DNA from: a virus
Taxonomy: Duplodnaviria > Caudoviricetes
Reading direction: 5' to 3' (one strand)
Length of the DNA: 64,000 bases
IMG/VR virus record: IMGVR_UViG_3300011868_000001
Span: 64,001-128,000 of that record
A program made the translations under genes and the position numbers. Below the pieces are notes generated by a model. The model was given only the letters and a program-made list of their open reading frames with translations, made no database searches and had not been told where the DNA came from. Within the stretch, counting starts at the first letter, position 1. Each line of letters starts with the position of its first letter. Positions 43,727 to 54,076 of this stretch are shown here, piece after piece.

Positions 43727-46306
43727 TTAATGCAGGCTTAGTGTATACTTAGAAACCAGTTGCATGTGACTAAGTACTTTGCCCCGAAAAAATTCTTCCT
43801 TGTTGCGTCTGTATTTCATGTGTTGTTCTATCTCAAGGCAACCAAAGTAAATGAACTCCGGTGTCACATCTGGCCAGTCTTTCAGCGGTCGAGTCCGACC
43901 CAGTACCTGTTCATTGGACTGCCGTGAGTCAATGGCGGTCGTCATGAAACTGGTGCGCAGGTTGGGTTTATCCACCGCTGTACCAGCAGAACCAATGGTA
44001 GAGACAGCGATGTCTGCTTCCAGGAAGTCCTCGTAGGAGTCGTTCTCGGAGCCGACGTAACGCACGATGTTAAGTTCCGGGTACATCTTGCGCAAGCGTT
44101 CAACCATCAGGGTACACAGATCGACCCGTGCAAAGAACACCAAGGCGGTCTGGCCTTCTTCTCGCACCGAGACAAATCGATGGTAGATAGCATGATCGAC
44201 GATCTTGAGGTAGTTCTTAAGCAGGCCCTTATGTCGCATCAAGGACTCTTCGAACGTGGTGTGCGAATAGCCCTGTGCCCCCATGTACCGAATCTTTACA
44301 TCCGGGTCCATGTGGTACAGTACCGCGGTTACGGCAATGTAGACGTTATATCCGCCGCCATCGTGACGTTGCATCACGGGGTATCCGATGTCATACATCC
44401 GGTTCTTGAACGCATCCGAACTGGTCATGGTCGCCGACAGTCCCAATGACTTGGGAATGTGGGTGTACAGATCAATCCGGTAGTTGTTGTGGAACTCTTG
44501 ATGCAGTTCGTCCGTGACGCGGAACCCAGCGCCGATGGTTGGGTAGAAGTCGATCGGCTTGATCGGGTAAATCTTGGTCGAGCCGTTGGTGTCCTCGTAG
44601 TACTTGATGTAATCACGCATGGTGGCCGAGGTGATGATGATCACCTTGGCTTCGAGGGTACCTTCCAGTGCCATCTTCTGCAGCGCGATCATGTCCTTGG
44701 AACCCCGGACAATGAGGAACTCACCACGCTTGAACTTGAAGGTCTCCTCAAGGTCGGATTTCCAGCGTTCGACGTAGCCCCCTTTGAAATGGATCACAGT
44801 GCGGCGACGCAGCTTGTTCATGCAGTACTGGGCGACGAAGGTGTTGTGGGTGACGATGAAGTCTTGGACCACAAACAACTTCGACGCGTTATCGACCGCA
44901 ATGCAGGTGGCCTCCTCGATACCCACCGGTTCGATCGACTTGACTTGCAGCTTCAGCTTGTGCGAGTACTGATTCGCATCGTTCACGCGTTCAAGCTTCT
45001 TCGGCAGGCTGACAGCATCGCTGGGCTTGGGTAGGCGGATATAGACATTATACGCCAACTGGCCATCACGTTTTTCGCCGTTATGGGTGTAGACGGGGTT
45101 CTTGGTCCTGATGCGGGCCATGCCTCCTAATGACCGGACCAGGTACTGCACATCCTTGGCCAGTTGTTCGCTGACGGTGCAGTAAGAAATTGTGCCATGA
45201 CCATTGACATAACCGTCTGTGTCAACCAGGCCTTTGAGCAGTTCCTTACGTTGCTCGATGGAGGCTTCCAGGTACATGGATGGGATGAACTTATCTTGAG
45301 CAAGGCACCCCATCAGACCGAGTTCTCTTAACGACTCACGGATGACATTGTACCTGGCACTCCCAATGACGATTCCATAGGTGATCCCGTGGCGCTTAGT
45401 TACCTGCTGACCAAATCTCATCGATCTTGTCATCCTGTCTACGATGTAATCATCCGGGGTGGAGAATGAGACATCGCCCCCGGAAACACAACCATCGCCA
45501 ATGAGGACTCCTAGAACCCATGGATCAATAGGCAATACCTGAGGTGGGATATCTTCAGGCTTGAGCAGAGGGACGTAGACGCGGGGATTGGGCATCTCAA
45601 TTAGACGTTTCAATTCCAACGTATCTCGCACCTGCCAACGCTGGTGTTCTACGGTGTTGACATAGTAAGACTGCCATAGATGCTCTCCGCATACTTCGAC
45701 ATGTCGACCATCGTAGAAGGTGACTCTGTAGAGTTGTTTCTTCCCTTGGGGGTAAACTCCAATCACCCTAGTGGGTTTTCCATCGTCGCCGATGACATAA
45801 TCGCCGACTTTAACCAACCCCATCCTCTTCCATCCGCCCGGTATCCTGATGGGGGTGTTGTCTGACGTGGCTTTACCACCCCCGGTCTGGAGAGTCACCA
45901 TCTTGATGATCGGGTCCCATTTAGGGTCCTGATCGTCTAAGACGTATTCGATAATACCGACTTGTTTCTCCCGTGGCGGGAACATCTTGCGGACTTCGAA
46001 GTTGACCTCAGGCAGGTCGGTCAGTTTTACGACATGGTGAACAATAGGGACTAGGTGTTCAGCATAGCCGAAGTTCTTAAACAGGTGGTTCTTCAGCGAA
46101 TTCAGTTGATTGCGATGAAAACTGAATTCGCGGCGATTCCTGGTAGCGGCAGCAAAGGTTCTGACTTTCTTAGGGACGAACTTCTTGCCTTTCTTTTCAT
46201 AGCCGATTTCGATGAGCGGCTTGCAGAACGAAAACATCGCCTGTAAGTCGCGCTCGGTGATCACGTCGGATACTTTGATCGCGTGACTATAGACATCAAT
46301 TTTCAT
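43727..46306 (-). CDS. SF2 (DExH) helicase, phiKZ gp75-like, intein-containing
   Basis: QTGGGK^T Walker A, DELH, LSAT, SAGTAVD, QVLGRTR; 516 aa after splicing. Confidence 0.9.
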   Translation of the reverse strand: MKIDVYSHAIKVSDVITERDLQAMFSFCKPLIEIGYEKKGKKFVPKKVRTFAAATRNRREFSFHRNQLNSLKNHLFKNFGYAEHLVPIVHHVVKLTDLPEVNFEVRKMFPPREKQVGIIEYVLDDQDPKWDPIIKMVTLQTGGGKATSDNTPIRIPGGWKRMGLVKVGDYVIGDDGKPTRVIGVYPQGKKQLYRVTFYDGRHVEVCGEHLWQSYYVNTVEHQRWQVRDTLELKRLIEMPNPRVYVPLLKPEDIPPQVLPIDPWVLGVLIGDGCVSGGDVSFSTPDDYIVDRMTRSMRFGQQVTKRHGITYGIVIGSARYNVIRESLRELGLMGCLAQDKFIPSMYLEASIEQRKELLKGLVDTDGYVNGHGTISYCTVSEQLAKDVQYLVRSLGGMARIRTKNPVYTHNGEKRDGQLAYNVYIRLPKPSDAVSLPKKLERVNDANQYSHKLKLQVKSIEPVGIEEATCIAVDNASKLFVVQDFIVTHNTFVAQYCMNKLRRRTVIHFKGGYVERWKSDLEETFKFKRGEFLIVRGSKDMIALQKMALEGTLEAKVIIITSATMRDYIKYYEDTNGSTKIYPIKPIDFYPTIGAGFRVTDELHQEFHNNYRIDLYTHIPKSLGLSATMTSSDAFKNRMYDIGYPVMQRHDGGGYNVYIAVTAVLYHMDPDVKIRYMGAQGYSHTTFEESLMRHKGLLKNYLKIVDHAIYHRFVSVREEGQTALVFFARVDLCTLMVERLRKMYPELNIVRYVGSENDSYEDFLEADIAVSTIGSAGTAVDKPNLRTSFMTTAIDSRQSNEQVLGRTRPLKDWPDVTPEFIYFGCLEIEQHMKYRRNKEEFFRGKVLSHMQLVSKYTLSLH
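44843..45871 (-). mobile_element. class-3 intein (343 aa) with LAGLIDADG homing endonuclease in the helicase P-loop
   Basis: Starts with Ala (ATSDNTPI), ends VTHN^T; WCT triplet (EHLW, ATCIAV, VTHN); LGVLIGDG and LKGLVDTDG. Confidence 0.9.
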
Positions 46307-46427
46307 TGGAATACCCTGCGTCGCGCATAAGCTGTTTTACATAAGAAAGCCCAATAAAATGATAAAAAACTAAATCCAAGGAAGTCCATGGACGTCCGTA
46401 GACGTCCATCCTTCTAACAAAATAAGA

Positions 46428-46449
46428 AGGGAGGGCCGAAGCCCTCCCT
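46428..46449 (-). terminator. cUUCGg hairpin with U-rich tail
   Basis: AGGGAGGGC-TTCG-GCCCTCCCT-TCTTATTTT. Confidence 0.8.
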
Positions 46450-46453
46450 ATGG

Positions 46454-48520
46454 TTAAATGACTTCCGGGTAGACGAACGGATCGAGCAATCCAGCAGGTC
46501 GCTTGGTGATCAAGTAGCTGTCGGGGTCTTCGATCATGTCCGGCTGACGCTCGTACGCCAGTTGCACGCCGGCAGAACGGTACTGCATGAGTGTGCGGTG
46601 TTCTTCGAACTTCGACGGACGATCGAATGCCGGGAGACCGTAATCATCCGGGTCATCGGCAGGGCGCATCAGACTCAGCAGGATGCCTTCCAAGTGCGCT
46701 ACGTTGACACGCAGCTTGGAGTTGACCAGGTCACTGAAGTCCAGCAGGGCTGCCACTGGATCGTCGTAGCTGGTCAGCATCTTGCCGGAGAACCCATTGC
46801 GCTCGGACTTCTTCGCCGGCGAACGAATGAACGCCTCGACTGCTGCCATGAAATCCAGGGTGGACGCATGGCGCCGTGGCAAGGAGAACGCTGGCTGAGC
46901 AAAGTCCCAGTGCGACAGGTCGATGCAGAAGTTACCGAACTCATCAACAGTGTAGCCGTGTTCTTGGATGTAGTACAACATCACCCGAGACAACGACGCC
47001 AGTCGTGCGCCCTGACTGACAGGGATGAACACCGAGGTGGTCTCATCGCGCAGGTTGGTGACGCGTACCTGCACTTCGCGGAACGACGTGAATCGATGGA
47101 TGTTCAGTCGCTCGATTACGGTTTCCTTGTTGATACTGACCAGACCGGCCCCATTTTCCATGTTCTTGTCAGGCGAGGCTGCCAGGACCAGGACGGGGTT
47201 CATCTTCTTCAGACGCGGGTTGAACTTGAGCAGTGAGCTGTCCTTAGCCGAAGACGGCATGGCTTCACCCAACAACTCTTCGGTCTTCTCGTTCTCTGCT
47301 TCATCCGGGTCAGCGGCGCAGATGTCGATGTACGGCAAGTACTCCTCTGGAATGATGATCTCTTCGACCACCGAGCTACCGTCGAGGTGCTTGACCGACA
47401 GTGTCCGCTGAGAACCCTCGCGGCACAGTTCCGTGGCACAGACGTGGCCCAGTGAGGTATCGCGTGGGATGGACCATGCCAGCTCACCAAAGCAGACGTG
47501 ACAGATGGCTCCCTCACCGCGATGGCGACAGAACATCCCGGAGCGCATGCGGATGGTCTTACCTACCAGATGACGGTCTTCCGCCCGGACAGGCCGGAGC
47601 TTGTTGTTGTCATCCAGGTAGATCTTACCTTCCAGATGCGGCAGAATAACCGAGTCCACCGGAATCTCGGCGTAACGGTCAGAGCCACAGTCTTCCCAGA
47701 TGAGCTTGTCCACCACCGTGGTTGAGAGCTGCATCTTGCGGTTGAAGTACTCAACGATACGCAGCGGCTTCTTGGTGAACATCAGTGCTTTCTTAGCCGA
47801 GCACGACTCGATCATGATGTCGTGTAGCTGAGTCAGGCCCTCGAAGTAACCGGTGGTGATTGGCTTGCGGAAGATCACCTGGTCGATGTCGGTCAGGTAA
47901 CCACGGCAGATCAGAATCTGGAGGAACTGGGCGATCTTGATCTGCTTGCTGCGCAGGCCCCGGACAATCGGGTTGTGCAGGATAGCCGGGTCCTTCATGA
48001 GGATTTCAGTAGCCCGGTCATACGCGGTGGTGATGCTGAGCTGATTCGGCCGGACTGCCAGACGCACTTCCGCCAGTGGCGGGTAGTCGTACAGTTCGAG
48101 CAGATGGAAGGCGTTGATGGACACCTGCCATTCTTCGAGCTTGATGCTCAGCTGGTTGTAGATTTCATTGCCGATGTCCTTGACAATGCGCCAGGCGTCT
48201 TCGCGGTCGTAGCAGGAATCGTGGTTGGCATGCTCGACACCTGGGGTGAAGTAGGTGTAGTGCAAGTCACGCATGATGTTAGACAGCGTTTTGGGAATGG
48301 TCTCGGCACTGGGGAACACGTTGCCGATATGGTGCGAGATGTTCAATGGCGTGCGGGGAAACTTGCGGTGCAGTTCCCAACAGAACCAGCTGAGGGCGGT
48401 CCGACGGGTGGTGGTGGTCAACACCCCATCGTCAAACTCGATCTCAAGCTTCTCATCCGGCAGGGGCCAGACTGCCATGAGATCTTGGTTCATGAAATTA
48501 CGAGCATTGATACGGCGCAT
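46454..48520 (-). CDS. non-virion RNA polymerase beta' C-terminal subunit (phiKZ gp74-like)
   Basis: EDCGS, MRSGMFC...ICHVCFG, SQRTLSVKH, VAHLE; GGAG SD before MRRIN. Confidence 0.88.
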   Translation of the reverse strand: MRRINARNFMNQDLMAVWPLPDEKLEIEFDDGVLTTTTRRTALSWFCWELHRKFPRTPLNISHHIGNVFPSAETIPKTLSNIMRDLHYTYFTPGVEHANHDSCYDREDAWRIVKDIGNEIYNQLSIKLEEWQVSINAFHLLELYDYPPLAEVRLAVRPNQLSITTAYDRATEILMKDPAILHNPIVRGLRSKQIKIAQFLQILICRGYLTDIDQVIFRKPITTGYFEGLTQLHDIMIESCSAKKALMFTKKPLRIVEYFNRKMQLSTTVVDKLIWEDCGSDRYAEIPVDSVILPHLEGKIYLDDNNKLRPVRAEDRHLVGKTIRMRSGMFCRHRGEGAICHVCFGELAWSIPRDTSLGHVCATELCREGSQRTLSVKHLDGSSVVEEIIIPEEYLPYIDICAADPDEAENEKTEELLGEAMPSSAKDSSLLKFNPRLKKMNPVLVLAASPDKNMENGAGLVSINKETVIERLNIHRFTSFREVQVRVTNLRDETTSVFIPVSQGARLASLSRVMLYYIQEHGYTVDEFGNFCIDLSHWDFAQPAFSLPRRHASTLDFMAAVEAFIRSPAKKSERNGFSGKMLTSYDDPVAALLDFSDLVNSKLRVNVAHLEGILLSLMRPADDPDDYGLPAFDRPSKFEEHRTLMQYRSAGVQLAYERQPDMIEDPDSYLITKRPAGLLDPFVYPEVI

Positions 48521-48566
48521 CGCTATCTCCGGTGAATGCGGGTGGTAAACCACCCGCTACAGGTTG

Positions 48567-50792
48567 CTATTCGTTGGTGAGTTCCTTACCCGAACACTGG
48601 AACATGTGGCGCATGTACGCCAATGGCCGGTGTCCGCCGACGGGTACCATCTTGCGGTCCAATACTTCTGGAATGTTCGTCGGAGTCGGATGGGTCAACA
48701 GACGCCGCAGCACGAACTTGTGTGCAATCGGGTTGTTACTGGCATCCTTCTGGTCAGCAATGGCTTCACCGCCGCATGTGGCAGCTTCGGCGCGGTATTC
48801 GGATTCACCGACACGGATCGAGGACTGACGACCGGGTGAGTCGTACTTGTCGTTGTTCGACAGGCGTGCCGTGGTACCGAACACGTTACACTTGGCAGAC
48901 GAGGCGGCCATCCAGGAATCTTCGGCTGTCTTCTCCAGGTTGATGTACCAGGAGGGTGCGATCAGCTTGGGTTCACGGGAGACCTTCATCTTGCCGTCAC
49001 GACCCCGGAAACGTACCGGAGTAATGAATGGCGGCCAGCGCTTCTGGATTTCACGGATCACGTCCGGCATGGAGACCGGGTTGTCCGTCGGCATGTACAG
49101 ATACAGTCCGTATAGATGATCCAGCAATACCGATGCCACATGCGTGTGCATGAAGTCCGGGTTCTTTTCACGGAACTTAGGGTCACTCAAGTCTTCGTGC
49201 TGGAATGGCACCACGACCTTGTAAAACTCCATCAGTTCGTTGAACGCTGCCTCCACCAGGTCATTGTTTTCCGGCGTGTAAACGACATCATTGACCTCAT
49301 CCTCGGTCAGCTGGATGTTGCGATCAAAGCCGAAGCTTTCTTGAATCCGCTTACCTAGGTCACGGCCAGCTGCTGAAATGATCATCTCGATCGGAGACGC
49401 CGGGGTTTCCCGGTTCCAGCGAGAGTTCGGGTCCACCACTACGTCAGCGCGGATTCCGTTCTCGTCGACTGGCATGTCTTCGTCGTCGACCACCTCAACC
49501 ACTACCGACTTGTTACCGTTGATGTCGGTGATCTTATAGCCTTTGTTGGGGACTGAGGTGTACTTGAATGTGATCTCCACACGCCAAGCATCCATCTTGA
49601 CCCCACGGTAGACTTTGTCGACCTTACCGCCACCGTCTTCACGCAGCTTGGCATTGAACCCACGGTCCGGTTTGATGTAGTCCGGGCCCACGCGACCGAT
49701 GGCCTCCTTGACGAGTTGGCTAAACTCAGGTTCAAGGCGTAGCGACATGTTGCGCATGGCTGCCTGCTTACGCAGGTTGACCCAGACGTCAACGATCCGG
49801 CGGTACCACTCGGTGTCGGCGTTATAGTACTTCAGCAGTTGCTCTTCCATGCCGACCGGCAGTGGCGGGATATTGATCGAGGTGTTGCGCTCAACCTTGA
49901 TGTCCACAACCACGGCGTCCAAGTGCTGCACGAAACGCTTACGGTCGAAGATGTAGTCGGTCTCAAGCAGAGCCTCAGTCGTCATGTTCGACACCGCACT
50001 GATCGGGTCGTAACGGCGCAGTGCCACCAGCAGGCCAGTGGAGTCTACCTTGTCGCCAAGGTCTGGGAAGATTTTGTACTGCCCAGGTACCCGTGACTGG
50101 TTGATAGGGTAGTACTCCCGACCGAATTCGAACACGCGTGTCTCAAATCCTGTGGGAGCCAGTGCATCCAGATAGCCGCGACGAACCTTGACGCCGTCCT
50201 CAGTCCCGGCGACATCGGAATCCATCAGCAGGTTGGTTTCCCGACCGTACATGTAGTTGCCATGTTCATCGATCAGGGGTGAACGAGCCAGCTTAGTGCC
50301 CTTGCGAAAGCGCTCTCCTTTACGCAGGCGCTCCATGGTATCTGGATCGCGCTTGAACTCGGTACCGAAGTGCTGGTGCGTGACCTGGTAATCGGTCAAC
50401 ATCAACACACCGATTTCACCGGTGTTGTAATTTTCGTAGATCACCGCCGTCTGCGGCGAGTGTTTGATGCGGTTAGCGCCTGCAGTATGGGCAAAGCGCG
50501 GAATGACCTCCAGTACCTGAACATCGTCTGGAAACTCGATAGAAAAGGTCGCCTCCCCAAACGGCCGTTCCATGCCTGACATGATGCGCTTGCGCATCGG
50601 TTCCTTGATGACTACCATCTGGGCGAGGTTGCCGGTGAACATTGCAGCCCGTGATGCCGAAATGTGTCGGATGAACGGATTGAGTCCGTACAAGGACATC
50701 AGTTCGGGTCGCAGCTCGACAGGATTAGTAAGAGCCGGGCTCTTGTAGCGCTGTTCTAATTGTTCTGCGACAGATAGGTTAGTGTTAAGCAT
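48567..50792 (-). CDS. non-virion RNA polymerase beta C-terminal subunit (phiKZ gp71-73-like), uninterrupted
   Basis: ISASRAAMFTGN, GTEDG, GYKITDINGNKSVV, DVVVDPNS, IRVGESE. Confidence 0.9.
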   Translation of the reverse strand: MLNTNLSVAEQLEQRYKSPALTNPVELRPELMSLYGLNPFIRHISASRAAMFTGNLAQMVVIKEPMRKRIMSGMERPFGEATFSIEFPDDVQVLEVIPRFAHTAGANRIKHSPQTAVIYENYNTGEIGVLMLTDYQVTHQHFGTEFKRDPDTMERLRKGERFRKGTKLARSPLIDEHGNYMYGRETNLLMDSDVAGTEDGVKVRRGYLDALAPTGFETRVFEFGREYYPINQSRVPGQYKIFPDLGDKVDSTGLLVALRRYDPISAVSNMTTEALLETDYIFDRKRFVQHLDAVVVDIKVERNTSINIPPLPVGMEEQLLKYYNADTEWYRRIVDVWVNLRKQAAMRNMSLRLEPEFSQLVKEAIGRVGPDYIKPDRGFNAKLREDGGGKVDKVYRGVKMDAWRVEITFKYTSVPNKGYKITDINGNKSVVVEVVDDEDMPVDENGIRADVVVDPNSRWNRETPASPIEMIISAAGRDLGKRIQESFGFDRNIQLTEDEVNDVVYTPENNDLVEAAFNELMEFYKVVVPFQHEDLSDPKFREKNPDFMHTHVASVLLDHLYGLYLYMPTDNPVSMPDVIREIQKRWPPFITPVRFRGRDGKMKVSREPKLIAPSWYINLEKTAEDSWMAASSAKCNVFGTTARLSNNDKYDSPGRQSSIRVGESEYRAEAATCGGEAIADQKDASNNPIAHKFVLRRLLTHPTPTNIPEVLDRKMVPVGGHRPLAYMRHMFQCSGKELTNE

Positions 50793-50840
50793 CGGTTACT
50801 CCCATTACCTTTTACAGGTCAGCTACTGCTTACCATTGTA

Positions 50841-50848
50841 ATAATGTA
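50841..50848 (-). promoter_or_regulatory. putative early promoter TACATTAT
   Basis: Upstream of the nvRNAP beta gene. Confidence 0.6.
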
Positions 50849-50880
50849 TCTCTGAAGAAAATTCAAACCAGGAGCCTGAC

Positions 50881-51219
50881 ATGAGTGTCACGTTAAACAA
50901 TCTGATGGTCAACAGCGGTGATACCATGTACCACAGCGCTGATTTCCTCAATTTCGTCCACACCCACAAAGCTTATTTGAAAGCCAATTCAGTGGCGACG
51001 CCACTCGATCCAGGCATTGTCCACAAGTTCGAATATAACTTCGTCTCCCTCCTTGTAGAGTTGGCGTATCCGATGGAAGATTTGATACTACTGATGGTGG
51101 TAAACGACATCGTCTGCCCTACGCAAATGACTCAAGATTTCAAAGAAATCCTTATACCCGATCCCAGCACCGTGAGTCAGTTAAAAGCGTTGTACCGTCA
51201 AACGCCAGGACGCATTTGA
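50881..51219 (+). CDS. small conserved protein, possibly LysM/gp53-like baseplate component
   Basis: AGGAG SD; LLMVVNDIVCP...ILIPD pattern. Confidence 0.6.
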   Translation: MSVTLNNLMVNSGDTMYHSADFLNFVHTHKAYLKANSVATPLDPGIVHKFEYNFVSLLVELAYPMEDLILLMVVNDIVCPTQMTQDFKEILIPDPSTVSQLKALYRQTPGRI

Positions 51220-51229
51220 GGACAAAGAA

Positions 51230-51257
51230 AGAGGAGAGGGGTCATCCCCTCTCCTCT
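51230..51257. terminator. 12-bp hairpin between convergent genes
   Basis: AGAGGAGAGGGG/CCCCTCTCCTCT. Confidence 0.7.
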
Positions 51258-51265
51258 ATGCCGGC

Positions 51266-52582
51266 TCAGAACCCCAAACGGCCGCTGCCATTCCCGAAAG
51301 AACGGCGACCGAATGAACGTTCGTCGCGGCGGTTGAAGCCGAAATCACGATCGCGGTCACGCCCACCGCCCTCGTAACGACGCTCGCTGCCGCGGCCGAA
51401 GCTGCGTTCACGAGAAGAGTCACGATCACGGGAGAAGGAGAACGATTGACGGTCCTCGCTACGGCGGCCGAAGCTGTGGCGACGATCATCGTCATCACGG
51501 CGACCACCATGGAGGAACTCATCCAGCGACTTACCGCGTTTCTGAGGTTCGGCACGGCGCTCGGCAGTGCGGCGCGGTGCTTCACGTTCTTCTTCCCACG
51601 GCAGGTCGACTACTTCGTCTTCCTTCTCGCGACTGGCGCGGTCACGGTTGGCCGGCGCGATGCGACTGGCGACTTTCTCGGCGATTTCTTCCTTGCTCTT
51701 GGGCTCGGAGACAATGATGGCGCCTTCGTTACCTTCCTGAGGAGGTACCAGACGACGCATCTCTGCCAGACCGTCCATACCCTCATGCCAGGTCAGGTCG
51801 ATGGTCAGGCTTTCAACGATCTCTTTGCCGAGCAGTTTCTTGTGCTGCTTGATCACCTCGTTAAGGTGCGTGGCCATGTTGAAATAGCCAGTCATCAGCG
51901 CATGGAAGTAAGGCGCCACCATGTTCTTGCTGCCGTAGTCGTAGGAGGCACGAGTTTCCTCATCGCCCAGCACGATTTCGAACAGCGCACGCAGGGTGTT
52001 GCGGGCCTTCTTGGACGGGTACTTCACCCCGAGCAGATCAGGTTCATCGGTCAGCAGAGCATCGAGGACCGGGAACTTGAACTTGACCGAACGCAGGACG
52101 CCATCGGCCTTCTGGCCCTTACGCAGGCTGATCGACACCAGACGCTTTTCCGGCTCCGGACCGACCCGCAGGACGACCTTCTGGAGAAACTCGTAGGTGC
52201 GCTCATCCATCTCGCTCAGCTGCTTGAGGTACTTGCCCGAAGCAGGATCAAGGCGCTTGTGCTCGCTCGGCGTGGCCGCCACCCGACCCAGCTCAGTGAT
52301 CAGCGTGACGCTGGTCAGGGTGAGCTTGTACATGATCGAATCACGCAGCGACTTGATCATGTCGGATTCCGCGCGGGTGATGTTCTCCGACAGCGGATGG
52401 TAAATGATGGTGCCTTCGCCATTGCTGCGCAGGTGCTCGGACGTTGGCAGCACCACGCGCTTGCCGTTGATGGTAAACGGACTGGTGCCTTCGCCGATAA
52501 CGCGGCTCAAGTGACCCTTGCCGGTTTCATCGATGATACCGATCGAGTTCAGAACTCGGGTGTTAAACTCATGAAGGTCCAT
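51266..52582 (-). CDS. core chimallivirus protein (phiKZ gp70-like) with R/S/G/F-rich disordered tail
   Basis: GKRVVLPT, YHPLSENITRAES; synteny. Confidence 0.75.
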   Translation of the reverse strand: MDLHEFNTRVLNSIGIIDETGKGHLSRVIGEGTSPFTINGKRVVLPTSEHLRSNGEGTIIYHPLSENITRAESDMIKSLRDSIMYKLTLTSVTLITELGRVAATPSEHKRLDPASGKYLKQLSEMDERTYEFLQKVVLRVGPEPEKRLVSISLRKGQKADGVLRSVKFKFPVLDALLTDEPDLLGVKYPSKKARNTLRALFEIVLGDEETRASYDYGSKNMVAPYFHALMTGYFNMATHLNEVIKQHKKLLGKEIVESLTIDLTWHEGMDGLAEMRRLVPPQEGNEGAIIVSEPKSKEEIAEKVASRIAPANRDRASREKEDEVVDLPWEEEREAPRRTAERRAEPQKRGKSLDEFLHGGRRDDDDRRHSFGRRSEDRQSFSFSRDRDSSRERSFGRGSERRYEGGGRDRDRDFGFNRRDERSFGRRSFGNGSGRLGF

Positions 52583-52591
52583 GGATACTCC

Positions 52592-54076
52592 TTAGAAGCG
52601 GTAGCCGCTAGAATCGGTGATGATGTTGCTGACGCCACTGTCGCGTTCGTTACTGCCAAGCGAATCGACGATACCCACCAGCGTCTCGCCCATCCGTTCG
52701 ATGCACTTGCGGTCATCGACAACCACAGGTGCTACCAGCGAGTCACAGAACACAGGGAACGCGAACTCGGCTGGGTCTTCGCCCTCAAGCTGGATGTTGA
52801 TCACGACGTCACTTGCCAGGCTGGCGTTAACGCGCAAATCGAACATGCAGTTCTCCCACGGCAGCATGTCGACAAACAGTTCGGTGATAAGGCGCTGTTC
52901 GAACGCCATCAGGGCTTGTTGGTTGATGGTCTTACCCAGAATCGGCAGGCATTCTGGAATCATGATTACCGGCTCGCCCATGTGAGCGTAGTTGTTGGCT
53001 TCGAACTGAACGTGGGCCAGGTGATGGAACGCCATGTACGTTGGCAGAGCACGCGCCACCTGAATCGCCGCCAGGGTGGTGTTATCCCGGCCGCCCCAAT
53101 CCGTAGAGTCTCGCGAGAAGTCACGAGCAGTCTCAGGACGTTCGAAGAACACCTTGACATCGTCCCAGGGGAAGTCCGGATTCATCGCGACGAGTTCGCC
53201 GTAGGTGATGAACCCTTGTTCAAGGATGTTGGTGTCACGGGCCAAGTCGGCAAACGGTGCCAGGCTGGTGAAGGAACGCTCACGTACCTGACTGCGGGCA
53301 TCGCGCATGATCTGGCTAGTATCACGCTCCAGACCGTTGCCGTCGCCGAACACCTCACCTTCGTTGGCGGTGGTCAGTGCTTTGAGCGAACGATGGAAGT
53401 AACGCGTCGAGGAGTCGTTCCAACGATTAGACATACGCAGGCCCGGCTGGGTGAAGCTATTGCGCATGTCCATGAACTGACCCGATTCAGCACGACGGCT
53501 GAAGGCGGTAGACAGTACATCCTTAGGGCTGGACTGGAACACGTCCTCCGGACGCATGGTCATGGTGCCTGGTGACAGGCGATCCCGACTGAAGTCCGGC
53601 ATGGTCTGCGGTGCGATCAGGTGATTGGAACCGGCAATCTGAGTACGCCAGGACGCGCCTGTGGGCGAATCCATGTAGCTCTGATTGATCTCGGTGACCG
53701 AGTTGAAGTACATGGCCATGTCTTCGGCCATCTTAACGCCACGCAGGCTGTTGGTCGCACCTACAAAGTCGGTATGACCGGTGATCTCAAGCATGGAGCG
53801 CGCGGTCTTCGAGTCACGGACCATAACGGTCATGATGAACATGAAGCGCTTCTCACCCCAACCGTTGGCGATGCGCGCAGCAGTGTGGGCGTTGGCCTGA
53901 GGGCGGATGATCCGACCGGCAACACGGCTCAAAGCGGCTGGAGACAAGTCCGTACCGCCACGGGTGTCGTGGTCGAGTTGGGTGATGAGTTCACTGGTCG
54001 CATCCGAGGCCCAGGGGCGAAGCTGAAGGTCGCGATAGCCCGAACGCTCACGAAAAACGATATCAACTAACTGCAT
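52592..54076 (-). CDS. picA: phage-nucleus protein import factor PicA/Imp1-like (phiKZ gp69 position)
   Basis: Position directly after the gp68-like gene; about 494 aa; IANGWGEKRF, TMRPEDVF, PVFCDSLVAPV; identification is mainly syntenic. Confidence 0.65.
   Translation of the reverse strand: MQLVDIVFRERSGYRDLQLRPWASDATSELITQLDHDTRGGTDLSPAALSRVAGRIIRPQANAHTAARIANGWGEKRFMFIMTVMVRDSKTARSMLEITGHTDFVGATNSLRGVKMAEDMAMYFNSVTEINQSYMDSPTGASWRTQIAGSNHLIAPQTMPDFSRDRLSPGTMTMRPEDVFQSSPKDVLSTAFSRRAESGQFMDMRNSFTQPGLRMSNRWNDSSTRYFHRSLKALTTANEGEVFGDGNGLERDTSQIMRDARSQVRERSFTSLAPFADLARDTNILEQGFITYGELVAMNPDFPWDDVKVFFERPETARDFSRDSTDWGGRDNTTLAAIQVARALPTYMAFHHLAHVQFEANNYAHMGEPVIMIPECLPILGKTINQQALMAFEQRLITELFVDMLPWENCMFDLRVNASLASDVVINIQLEGEDPAEFAFPVFCDSLVAPVVVDDRKCIERMGETLVGIVDSLGSNERDSGVSNIITDSSGYRF

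Noticed and set aside
48567-50792. Intron in the nvRNAP beta gene as in phiKZ gp71-73
   Set aside because: The ORF is continuous here
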